Positions 48,826 to 61,509 of a stretch of 64,000 bases of DNA are shown here, one piece after another. Below the pieces are notes generated by a model that worked only from the letters and a program-made list of their open reading frames with translations, had not been told where the DNA came from and made no database searches. The stretch spans positions 53,692,001-53,756,000 of the forward strand of contig CM060732.1 of NCBI GenBank assembly GCA_030704615.1. Reading direction: 5' to 3'. Made by a program: the position numbers and the translations under genes. The stretch comes from Takakia lepidozioides (Eukaryota > Plantae > Bryophyta). The first letter of the stretch is position 1; every line of letters begins with the position of its first letter.

Positions 48826-50160
48826 GATGGGACCCGGTGAAATCAGCTTTGCAAAGTCAACTGTTGCGATGGATATGGGGGTGGGGGCCAAGTAAAATGG
48901 ACTACTATGTATTCAACACGATCATGCTTGAACCTCAATCGCAAGGGTTGAATAAGTTATTGCTAGCTTTGGATGAATTTGCTCTGAAATTCCAAATTCC
49001 CTCCAGCTTGCTTGTTTCCGCCACCTGTCTAGGGCTGACTAGCCTTGGGATTTGACATTCAAGAGTATGGTTTAAAAAAGCATTTCAAGAACTTTCGAGG
49101 AAGTGATGACCCAATTGTTTTTTGGAGGAGGGGGTAACACGATTGCGATTACGGAAATAGTAAAGAAGATTGAATTCTATTGTCAACTGCCATTACTTTA
49201 TCGGGACCATAAATATGGACGCAAATTCTTTTGCTACATTGTAGTATCTTGCTCCAGCAATTCTAGAACCATCCATGATTGATGAATATCCATTTGCAAC
49301 TCCTCTTCCCCAATAGTTGATATCGCCTGGAAGGTTTGGGTCTTGAATCAATGCATTTCTCACATTTGTGGGGGAATTGCACATGCCGAGAATGTTTTTT
49401 CTTTTATTCATCCACCCTATAATTATTTAATTTTGGAATGTGCACAATTATCTGGCAGGCTATTCTTTTTATATTTGACTGTAATCATCAAGTATTTGAC
49501 ACCCTATAGTAACATAAAATAAACAAATTTTTCTTAGAGTGCAAAATATTTTATTGCTCAATGCTAGTCTAATGCATCTATCAAGCGAATAAGGAAAACT
49601 GTTGCATATTTTGAGTGTAGTGAAAAAATATTTCCTCAGTTAAGAGAGCGAGGTACGTCCTTACAGCAAGTGAATAAACCGAAGCTTCTAGCAACACAAT
49701 GAGATCAACAACTAGCATAGCAGAACTCTTGCGTTGGAGAAGAAGACAAAGTGAGAAGAAAATAAAGCAACCCTAAACCAAAACATATCTTCCCTAAACC
49801 AAGTCCTCTCATCCAACCTAAGTCCAAGTCTCGTCATCCAGGTCCAACTAGTCATTTATGAGGTATCAATATAAACATACCATAGAATGAATGACATAGG
49901 CCTCTCGCCATTGTGGCACCCCTATATTAGTTCTAAAATATATATAACTGGAGCACATATTCATAACCCTATTTATATTTAAATACGGTATCCACAAATA
50001 AGGACACCCAATTTTATTTCTAAAAATATTGTAAATTTTATCTTCAAAAATATATGTTACCCTATATTTTTTTGCACGCCATTTGAAAAAAATTGGAAAT
50101 GACTTCCCCGGGGATTACTACAATCTCAGAAAAGAGAAAACAATCTGCGCTAAGACACAC

Positions 50161-51770
50161 TGTTGCAGGTGCTACCAAACTACTTATACTAAACTAACAT
50201 AATGTTGATCGAGTTCAGCTGTCCAAATGTAGAGCTAAATGGAGTCATGCCAAGAATATGCCACGAATGACTTGTAACCCTAAGTAGTTATTTCTGTTGT
50301 GAGATGAATCATGAATTACAACACTCCCACTCATTGAAACAACAAGATTAAGTTGAAGGTAGAGGAATAACTCCCATTATACTTCTAAAGTGCTGAAATT
50401 GTTTTTCTACTGGAAGTGCCTTTGTAAAGATATCAACAAACTGTTTGTTTGTTCCCACAAATTTGATATCACTCTCGCACTCCTCCTACTTACCGCGGAT
50501 GAAATAAAACTGAACATCGATGTGCTTAGTTCGCTTGTGAAACTCCGGATTGTGTACAAGCCTTATGCAGCTCTGATTATCGCTGAGCCATCCAAAACTT
50601 ATACTTTTGAGTAACCGACGTAATCAGACTGCCTCCTTAGTTGCAATACATGTGCAACTACATACTTTTCCTTAGTGGTTGATCCTACTGTACATGCTTG
50701 TCGTTGATTACACCAAACAATGGTTCCATTAATGTTGAGCAGAAAAACAAACCTATTCCTTGATCTGCGGTTGGCTAGAGACTAGATCACTAGCAAAATC
50801 TGCATCGCAATATCTAGAAATGATATTGTTGCAGTCATTCCCACTAAATGAGAGCACATAATTTGCAGTTTCTTTAAGGAACCTGAAAATTCTTTTCGTG
50901 CTGCATTCCAGTGGGACACTTCTGAGAACTTTGCTTCACTGCATATGTAATATGAGGGCGAGTGCATTGCGACCGTTAGGCTGCTAACTGCTTCATAGAC
51001 ATAAGGAATTCCTTCCATCTCAGTCTCATTTTCTTGGTCATAGGATATGTTGAGCTTTGGATTAGCATCGACAAGTGTAGAGATTGGGTTTGCATCCTCT
51101 AACCCAAGTCTCTTGGTACGTGATTTTAGCAACATACCTCACTTGATTGATATAGATAGTGCGCAAAGATTTATCTCGAGTGATCTGCAACTCTACATAG
51201 CAGCCCACTGACCTTGCTTTAACCTCGAACTTCATGTTCAGTATTCAGGTGGTGAATCAGGTAGTCAATTAGGTGTTCATGTAGTGCTTAAATTTGCTGG
51301 CGCAAGCTATTCTGCCGTCCACAATCATGATTGCTAAAAAATATCATGAGTCCAATATCTCTGTTGTAGTAGACACATATTGGGTCTATTACACTTGGCT
51401 CCAGCTTATTCTCTACTAAGAAGTCATTGAAGTGCAAGATGTTTGCTTTAGTCCATACAAGCTCTTCTTGATAAAACATACCTCATCTGCTCCTGAAATG
51501 AATCCTTATGGATGTGCCATGTAGATCTCCTCTTGGAGATCTCCATTCAAGAACATTGTCTTCACATCAAATTGGACTTAGATCTCCATATCAAGAGCTA
51601 CAACAATTACTAAGATTGTTTTGATTGAGTCAAATTTCAACGCAGGGGCAAAGGTCTCTTCGTAATCTATCATTGTTTGTTGAGAATTGCTCTTTGTGAC
51701 CAGCCGGACTTTGTGGCGTTCAACAGACCCATCAGAAATCCTCTTTGTTTTGAAAACCCAAGGACTGACT
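50161..51770 (-). mobile_element. Decayed Ty1/copia 3' half (RT, RNase H, PPT, short 3' LTR)
   Basis: WVFKTK..DGSVERHKVRLV...IDYEETFAP, FDVKTMFLNGDLQEEIYM, HKRTKHIDV. PPT tgagtgggag, then LTR TGTTG...CAACA at 50323-50161. Confidence 0.85.
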
Positions 51771-54343
51771 ACCGCCGAGATTGCATAAACGCGCGCATAG
51801 GAGGAGGAGCCGAGATTGCACAAATGTGCTCGCAAGAGGACCTGATCACAGAATGAGAAGCCGAGATTGCACAAACACTGATCCCAAATAGGGCCTCACA
51901 AGAAGTGGAGGAGCAAGCCCGAAGGCTGCTGAACGGTAACCTGCAAGAGAATCCGAGGAGTTTTTGAATTACCTATTTAGAATATTCAAAATCGAGGGAA
52001 GCAGTTAATAGAGGTAAGGCGGCGGTAGGGTCGTGCGCTAAACATTGCGTGACGACTGCCGGTTGCATAACATTATGTACTAGGTAGCGCACTATTATAG
52101 ATTTCACATGCTTTGCTTTGCTTGTATAATTAATGACATTGGTAACATTTTTTAAACAACCTGACTTGCTGATGAATTATATTCTCCACACTTGCCCAGC
52201 TTCCAAATCCACTCCATAGTTTTATCTAACTACTTAGGATACTGTGTTGCAAAATGAGGCAGAGAAGCCAAGCAAATTGAGGAAGCTTGGTGGGTGGTGG
52301 GGGATGGTGACCGTGAATGCATTCATCGTTTTGGCCATTGCAGTATTACATTTTATTGTTTTCCTTCCGGAGGGCCATTATTCAAGCACCAAGTTCTATT
52401 TTTCATGAGGGAATCATACTTCTTATTCATTCACTACAAGAGATGAGCGTTTTTAGGACTACGGATTTGGCGGAGTCATAAAAACGGCACTAGGTATACG
52501 ACTACAGAGCGCTGAAATGCGTTGCAGTCATAGTTTTATCACTTTGTAGTAATGAATATCACTACATGACTCCGGAAAGTTAGGGAGCATTGGTCAAACA
52601 TTGTTGACCATGATGACAGGGATGGTTTTATGACTAATGTGATATGTTTGACTACACGTGGACGACGTTTCATGGAATCTTGTGACTCCATGACTGAAGA
52701 TGGTTTTACAGCTCTATTTATACGACTACATCCCTACACGTGTCATTTTGAAAGCACATACACGAATGTATTCATCCATTGGATGAGTTTATCCATCGAT
52801 GACATGGCATGTATACTTATGAGTCCCTTACTGCAAATTGTTTCATAACTCTATATATATGACTACATCACTATACGTGTCATTTAAAAGACATATACAT
52901 TAATGAATTCATCCAATGGATGGGTTCATCCATCCGCCTATACGGTGTGTCGATTCGATATATGTTCAATAAATTGGACCTGGATGGACGTGGCTTAACA
53001 AACATCGCAAGATATATGAGATTAAAATACGCAATGGTCATGGTTGTACAAGGTTAGATCATGTGATGGAAATTATTTTGAATCGTTAGATTTTATAGGA
53101 TCTAACGGTCTAGATTGTTTAAGATCTAATGGTTTTGAAATTACACCGCCGAAACTTTACACCGGGCTGGGACGTAGGCTTTTTTGTCTCCTGCGTTTCA
53201 CCATCTATTTGATGTTGTGTCATGGAACGCAACGATCGCAGGATATGCAAGGGCGTGAGATGGAGGCTTTGCAGACCTTCCTACTCTTGAGCAAATGTTG
53301 CAGGAAGGAGAAGAGGAGGAAGAGAGGAGACGAGGAGAAGATCCCAACATTCTTGCGAGCTCGCCGTTCTTGGAAGAGTCAGCTTGGTCTTAGCAAGCTG
53401 TGTTTCAATCTATGCCTGCTCAGCTGCACCGTGGTGGTTCGATCTCACATACCAATCCGACATTACCTGACTACAGATACAAGCAGCACACACAAGAGGT
53501 CCTTTTGGGTTGATGGTCGGTCAAATCCTCCATGGGTCATGACACAAGGTAAAGGACAATGTGGTGATGATACCTTCTTCTTCAACCTATTTCAGCCTGT
53601 TTTGCCCTCTCATCAGACTCGGCCCTGAGATGCATATTGAATTTTGTAAATTAGCTCGTTGGGTGGATTTGTGGTTGTTTAGAGTGACTTTGACAAGTTG
53701 TTGCTGATGTGGCAGCATGAAAGTATCCAAAAACAGGTAACGGAGATGAGGAGAAGCTTTGGAATGAACACTTTTCCGACCCCAGTCAATGGCGGGACAA
53801 TGGAGACAAAAATGTGAGTGCATGTTGGACTACACTAGAGAGAAGTAGATGCAATTTAGAATTAGAACTACTGTAATAATTAGGGTTGGGGTTTGCTGGA
53901 AGAACTTCACGGCATCAGTGTCAGCTGCTAGCAGCAAGTATTCATGATTTGTACACAGACAGGGATAGCTGAAGGACCAGGGATAAAGGTCCAGGTTCAT
54001 CCAAGAGGGCCAGATTTCAAACACAAGATTACTTCTGATTCCCTGTGGATCAATAGATACAAGAAATCTGCTAATGAGAAAATGGTCTGCTAATGAAGGC
54101 ACATTTTTCGACACATTTCACCATGTTTTTCCCTATTATCAGAATCGGCCAGGCTATATTTTCATGTTGAATTCTGCAAGTTAGTTGGTTGAGTGAACCT
54201 GGGATAGTTTGGAGTGACTTTGACATGATACGCAATGTGACAACAGGAAAGTATCCAAAAGGGTAACAGAGATGAGGAGAAGCTATGGAATGAATACTTT
54301 TCTGACCCCAGTCAATGGTGGGACAACCGAGGCAAAAATGTGA

Positions 54344-54810
54344 ATGCCTGTCAGATTATCAGATGTCATTTTGAACACTGCCCCTGCCTGGGTGGACATG
54401 TATGTCAAATGTGGGTGCATCAAGGATGCAAAGGGAGTGTTCAACACTATGGCTGAACGAGATGTGGTGTCATGGAGTGCAATGTTTGCAGGGTATGCAC
54501 AGCAGGGGTGTGGGATGGAGGTTTTGGAGACCTATGAGCAAATCATGAGGGAAGGGGTACTGAAGCCCGACCACATAACGTGTGTGTGTGTGTTTGCAAT
54601 GCGTGTGCAAGCCTGGCAGCCCTGGAAAAGGGCAAAAGGTCCATGGTTGCATCGTCAAAGCTACAAATGTATCAGATGTCATTCTGAACACTCCCCTGGT
54701 GGACAATATGTATGCCAAATGTAGGTGTAGCAAGGATGCAAAGGGAGTACTGTTCAACAACATGGCTGAACAAGATGTGGTGTCTTGGAATACCATGATG
54801 ACCACCTATC
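54344..54810 (+). pseudogene. PPR (S-P-L-S) gene fragment inside the CACTA element
   Basis: VDMYVKCGCIKDAKGVFNTMAERDVVSWSAMFAGYAQQG and [24 protein letters not shown], with frameshifts. Confidence 0.88.
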
Positions 54811-54861
54811 AGCCAGTATGTATCCTATACAGAACACCTTCATCCACAAAGTAAATATTAT

Positions 54862-56600
54862 GAAAGCTCCCAGAGTTGATGTGGGCAAGCTTATGGAGGT
54901 AGAACTCGCTTCCCTCCTCTAATTTAAGTGCTGGATAAGTTTCAGTTTAGTGTCGACGTTCACTGCATACATTGGCTGTTTTCTTGGCTGGTATCTTGTT
55001 GCTTGGCTGCTTTCATGGGGATCACATACAGTGAGGAGGTGGGAGCAAAGATAGAGCGACATGTTGGTGAGTTGGAAGAGCTTGAAGGGGAGCATGTTGA
55101 GGTACCAGGGGTTAAATTGCCCGTGTGTAGTGGAAGGGGAGGAGTACGAACGTAAGTTCTGCTGCAATAATTTTTGTTTTCCAGCCTACATGTTCTTGTT
55201 GGATATTAATTGAAGTGCTTTCAATGTTGCTGCAATACCATATTAAAGTGGAGGCTGCTGAATGCAGTTGGCCTTGCTTGGTGCGGACAGAATCCATTGC
55301 AATGTGGAGATGACTAATTATAGCATTTCCAGAGGATGGTGTGGATGGCCTTGCGTGGTGCATGCAGAGTCCGTGGCAATGTGGAGATGGCTGAATGGGC
55401 AAAGGAGGCAAGTGGCAAAGAAGCCACGTCACTGGTACATAGTTGTGTGCGACATACTACAAGAAACTGTACTATATGTCATTCCAGAGACTGTCATTGT
55501 TGGTCCATGTGTTTTACAACAATGTATCAATATAAGACTTCTGGTTCGCATTGGAAGCTCAATCCCTGTAAGTTCATTGTGTGTGAAGCTCAAACTTGTG
55601 ATTTGAAGGATCTTGTAGCCAAGTTCATTCAACCGGAAAAAAAATTCTGAAAGCTCCCAAATTTGATGTGGGCAAGCTTATGGAGGTAAGACTTAGCTTC
55701 CCTCCTCTAATGTAAGTGTTGGATAAGTTTCATTTAGTGTCGACCTTCACTGCATATATTGGCTCTTTTCTTGGCTGGTTTCATATTTTCTTGGCTGGTA
55801 TGCTGTTGGTTGGCTTCTTTCATTTCACGTGTGTAGTGGAAGGGGAGAAGTACTTTCCTAAGTTCTGCTGCAACAATGTCTTTTTCCAGCCTAGATGTTT
55901 TCGATGGATACAAATTGAAGTGCTTTGAATGTTGCTGCAATACTATAATAAAGTGGAGGGTGCTGAATGCAGTTGGCCTTGCTTCGTGCAGGCATAATCC
56001 AGGGAAATGTGGACATAGCTGAAACCCCATGATAGCATTTCCAGAGGACGGTGTGGATGGCCTCACAATCCAGCATGCAAAATCCATGACAATGTGGAGA
56101 TGGCTGAATGGGCAAACAGGTTAAGTGGCGAACAAGCCACGTCACTGGTACATAGTTGCATGCTTACATAGTACATGAAAGCGTACTATATGTCATTCCC
56201 GAAATTGACCATGTTGGTCCATGTATTTTACAACAATGCTATCAATAAAAGACCAATGGTTCGCATTGGAAACTCTATCCCCGTAAGTGGCTTGTGCGTG
56301 ATGCTCAAACTTGTGATTTGAAGGATCTTATACCCCAGTTCATTGCAGAGGTGATTGGAAAAGACATTGAGAAGGCAACAGCCGTTATCTATAATCTACA
56401 GATCCCCTTCAATTTGATGTGGGAAAGCCGGCTGGCTGGAGGTCTAGTCTCACTTTCACTCATCTAATGTCAGTGTTGTATCCATTGCAATGTGGAGATG
56501 TTTGAAACAACATTGGAGCATTTCCAGAGGATGGTCTGGATGGCCTTTCGTGGCGTGTGCCGAATCCATGGCAAGAAAACATTGCAGGCAGAACCCATGG
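54862..56600 (+). repeat. Diverged ~750-790-bp tandem triplication containing PPR E-domain remnants
   Basis: Units start at about 54862, 55649 and 56400 (ttgatgtgggcaagc...). Each contains gatggtgtggatggcc..., translating to VWMALRGACRVRGNVEMAEWA, similar to [21 protein letters not shown]. Confidence 0.75.
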
Positions 56601-56815
56601 CAATGGTACCAGCACGGGTTGGTCCAAAGCCAATTGCAACAACAAATGAATAAAGGGTGCTGAAAGGAAAGCACTCCATAATTGATCATAAAATCCAGTG
56701 TCCAAGCATGATATCTTAATGGGAATGCGAAGGGAGTGTTACCACCTTAAACTATCATGCATGGTCTATAACTGGAGTGCACAAATCGCGCATATCTAAT
56801 CTTCATCATCCTCAT

Positions 56816-59800
56816 CTATGTCTGGGTCACTACATGTATCACTGTCTTCATCACAGACTTGATCTTGTCCAAGGGTTGGCTGAACATCATCACCACGTAT
56901 ACGGGTGCTCGGAGGTACAAGGAGGCCACCTGCTCTGGAGTAACCGGTACCGCTCGGCTGCATGTTGGGCCATCAGTAACCAGAGTCTCCTCTAGTCTTT
57001 GTGGGGCTAACAATCCTTCCACTTCCGCCACATCATCATTATCAATTGATATGTCGCAGACCACTCTACGTGCTCGGGGGCTCTTCTCCAGGACGACTTT
57101 CCACCCCGGCTCCTTCACACAATCAGAAAAAAACACTTGATCAACCTGGCCAGGAAACACAAAAGGTTGCTCAGAAGGTGGAAGCATACGGTTAAAATTG
57201 ACAAGTGTGAAGCCAGCATCATCCTGCTTCATTGACATAGGTTGACGACCCACGCGACTCGCCCGTACCCACGAACACAAAAACACTATAGGCTGTGTTT
57301 GGCCATAGTCAATTTGCAAAATCTCCCTTATAAGACCCACATATCTTGTAGGTTCCTCCATGTCATTGCCTGAATTGTTGGTAATGGGCTGGTGCTGGAA
57401 AACAGATGAGACTCCACAATCAAAAGACACCATACTTGTTGTGTTCATGCCGGGGGATGTAACCCTGTAATGGTTACCATACGCTGTCATACTCTTGAAT
57501 GACAGGGCAGTAAATGATGGAGGCCTTGAAAGATCCAGTAATTCCTCACGTGTGTAGGATCAAGCCCATCTGATTGAATTGAGAGATGATCCCGTACACC
57601 TTGAGGGAGCCAAACAAATGGAGGACAAGGATGCAAATCAGGAGGGTACTGAATTGCCGTGGGATTGCTCATGCCTTCCAGCCCTTGCTCCTCACGAAAC
57701 AAGCGTCGTCTGGCTTCTATCCGTGTGGACTCTGCTTCATATATCCTGTCACAATCCGAGGGTCAGCCAGGAGATTGACAGAGGTGGCGTGGGAGATTTG
57801 AAAAGACGCCATATGCCAACTAATGATAAATGACTAAAACTTGGAAATCTGAATGTCAATGAAGTAGATTTCTTACCCCAACATGACTGACAGACGAGGA
57901 TGGTTCTGAATGATGTACTCATGTACAATATCACACAGGTCATTCAATTTTCGGGCTTTAGAACTTCCTTCCACAACTTCACGTTCCACAGATTCTGCCT
58001 CATCTGCATCCCACACCCTTCGTACACTTCCATCAAATCCTGCCATATACTCTGTGCAAAAACCCAATGCTTCTTCAAATTGGTATCCTTCTGCCATGCT
58101 CCCCGGGCCTTGCCATGTTTCTTACGTAGCCCTTCATATCTTTCATTGCCCGCTCCATGGGGTACATCCAACGAGATGCTACGGGCCCGCATAAGTACAA
58201 CTCATCCACTAGGTGAACAACCAGATGTGTCATCACATCAAAAAATGATGGTGGGAACTCCTTCTCTATAAGACACAGAGTGAGAACTGCTTCAGTTCTC
58301 AATTCCTCATACTCTACAGGATTCACCACTTTTGCACACAACTTCTTAAATACACGACATACTCGCAAAATGGCCCTTCGAGGACCACTTGGCATGAGCC
58401 CACGGATAGCAAGCGGTATAATTTGCTGCATGAGCACATGATAGTCATGTGATTTCATGCCTGACAACTTCTTCTTCACCATGCTTTTTGAAAGCTGATG
58501 CGTAGCCTGTTGGCACTTTCAAGTTCTGCACAATCTCCAGAAAGACTTGTAACTCAGCCTCAGTGAGGACATAAGGGGCAGGAGGCATAATTAACGTATC
58601 TGCTCTGTCAGGATCACGTTGTAGCCACAATTCCGGGCGCATCCCAAGTAGCTCCAAATCACGGCGAACTTTCAATGTGTCTTTCTCACCAAAGATAGTT
58701 TTAATAATATTTTCAGCCAAGTTCTTCTCGCAATGCATTGCGTCAAACGTGTGGCGGATGAGGAGACCCTACAAAATGAACACATAAGCAATTGAGCATT
58801 TACTCATCACATCATTTAAACAGAAAACGCAAAAATGTACACAGCCAATTTAAAGGCCATGAAGGAATTACCTCCCAATAAGGTAAGACATATAAAATTG
58901 ACAATCGCTTAACTCCATGAGTTTTTGCTGGGTGTCCTGCTATCTGGCGTCCCTCCGTTTTCCACCCATGCAGTGCGAGCTGTTGCAAGCTCCTTGATTT
59001 GTGTTCCAGTCTGCGTTTTTGGAGGAGTTCCATGCTCAGTAGCGCCATTGAACATTCTTGACCTTCTATATGGATGATTGCGGGCCAAAAATCTTCGGTG
59101 GCCTAGGAAAACAATTTTTCCACATGTGTGTAACTGCTGTGAAGTCACCCCGGGTCCACAAGCTGGACAACCAGCATAACCTTTCGTCACTTGACCTGAG
59201 AGCAAGCCATATGCAGGGTAGTCATGGATTGACCACATCAACACTGCCCTCAGTGTGAATTCGCGTTGACCACGAGGACGGGAAACATCATGAGCTGCAA
59301 TCCCTCTCCATAGTTCCAGTAGCTCTTCCACTAGGGGCATCAGGTAAACATCTACGTTGTCCGAGGTAACAGACTCCTTACCAGGAATCAGTAGCGCTAA
59401 CATGACAAAGAACTTTTTGGTCATTAACCACGGAGGCAGATTGTAATTGACCAGAACGGCCATGTGCTCCAACTTGTGGATTGAGCTCCGTAGGGATTTA
59501 CACCGTCTAAGGCCAATCCAAATCGCAGAGATCGTGGCTCTGCAGCAAAATCCAAATGTGGTGTCAATGTGTCTCCATGCTTTGCTATCAGCTGGATGTC
59601 GAACCAACCCATCCTGGCTCTTATGTCTGTCGTGCCATGTCATGAGGTTAGCGATCGATTTACATCGGTACATACGTTTCAACCTTGGAATGACAGGGAA
59701 GTGTCGCAATACTTTCTTGGGCACACTTCCACGACCTGGAATGTAACGGGAACTGCGGCACACTGGGCAAATGTCTACATTCTCATACTCCCCACGGAAG

Positions 59801-60931
59801 AGTACACAACCACGCTCACAGGCATGAATCATGGTGTACTGCAATCCCATCTTGGCAATCATGGTTTTTGCTTCATAGTGAGTTTTCGGCAATGAATTCT
59901 CTTTAGGCAAAAAACTCTTACGCAACAATCCCAGAAGCTCATCCACAAATGCATTGGTGCACTTGTGGGTAGTGCATGCGTTCAGCAACGTCAAAGTTGC
60001 TTGCAGCCGGCTGATGGAGCACCCTTCAAAAAGTGGACATTGCGACTGTCGGAAGAGTTTATCATACTCGGGATCAACGTGCAGGTGAGCATTCTCATCA
60101 AATTCATTGTCTCCGGAATCGTCGAGATCATCGTCATGATCGGCAAATGTGTGATCGGTTCCACCATGAATGGGGTCCTCTCTGTTTGCATCTGCAAAGA
60201 GAAACGCTTCCTGCAATGCACGCTGCATTTCTACCTCCAATCCACCACTCTCATCTGCGTTCTCTGTGACATTGGGCTCCCGCTGTGCCGCAGGGCCTTC
60301 GTCTTCATCATCTGAATATTCACATCCCTGCATCCCAATAGTCATCTTGTGAGTGGACCAACAACGATGTGACACTTGTTCATTATGACATAGGAGGCAC
60401 GGTGACGTTGCAGTGATGCAGTCATATTTACGTATGTATCTTATGAATATACACCCAATCAAAACACGACATTTGTAACCATTGAAGTCATAGTTGCAGT
60501 CACTTACTTAGTCATATATGACTACATGACTACACATGACCAATGAAAACACGACATGTGCATTAATTAAAGTGATAACGGAAGTGGCGTAGTCATAGTC
60601 ACGTCTGTATCTTATGACTTCTTGACTACAATCACCCAACGAAATGTCGACATGTGGAGAAGAGATCGTTGCATTCAAAATTCAAACTAAAGTGCTGAAG
60701 GGAAAGTGACGATCTTACCGGAAGAGAACAGCGTTGGAGAAGAGGATCCCTCCCGTGTATCATGTAATGATTCCTCACTGTTTCCAACAACAGTACTTTT
60801 CCTCCATGACACTCATCGCAGTTGCATAGCATTTTTGTATGCCCATTCCTTGTGGCATAAGCTTCTTCCATTCGCCATAGACGGTCATCTATTCTACGCC
60901 TACGCATCCGGTCGCCACCTGCACTGTACAT
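56816..60931 (-). pseudogene. CACTA TnpD/Tnp2-type transposase, spliced, frameshifted
   Basis: MLCNCDEC N-terminus; IHACERGCVLF..CPVC; LRHFPVIPRL; HPADSKAW; NLPPW; HDYPAYG; MHCEKN; GMKSHDYH; WMYPMER; QPFVFPGQVDQVFF. Confidence 0.93.
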
Positions 60932-61509
60932 GCTTTGAACGTCACCCCTTCCCTCTTTGCATGCTACGCACAGTGCATTGTCTCTAGTTTTGCACCAGCT
61001 GCCAATGTGCTATTTCTATATCTATAGTATACTATAAGTATCGTTTCTGAGTGTCCATGGTGAAGCGGAAGGTCTTCGAAGTGACAGTCCCTCTCACTGA
61101 GTACGAGAAGTTCCGAGAGCGCCGGATTGCTGCCATAAAGGAGGTGGAAGCAACGTTCAAGCAGTCGATAGATGGGTGAGTTTAGTTCCTGACTTTGGAT
61201 ACCCACCCACTAAACTTGCGATTCGCCTTATCCTCTAACCTTCCTACAGCGATCATAAGCTTCATAGCACAAATGGGGGCGAGTAGCTGCGACTTGTACA
61301 AACAGAGAGGCAAACAACATGCAGTGAGTGACGATTAGGTTTGAGGAGGGTGTGTCATTAGGCGGGAGATGTCCGCCGTCATTCGTGGGCAGCCATTACG
61401 TCCTGGTAGGGTGCGGCTGTGGTTCAGCGTAGGCTTAAGAGTATTAGGGTATGTATGCTTGCATTTGTTTGTGATTGTTTGAGAGGGAGGTCATGGAGGT
61501 GTTTGTGCA

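Noticed and set aside
49193-49411. Short minus-strand ORF (IQDPNLPGDINYWGRG...)
   Set aside because: 72 aa with no recognisable family or gene structure.
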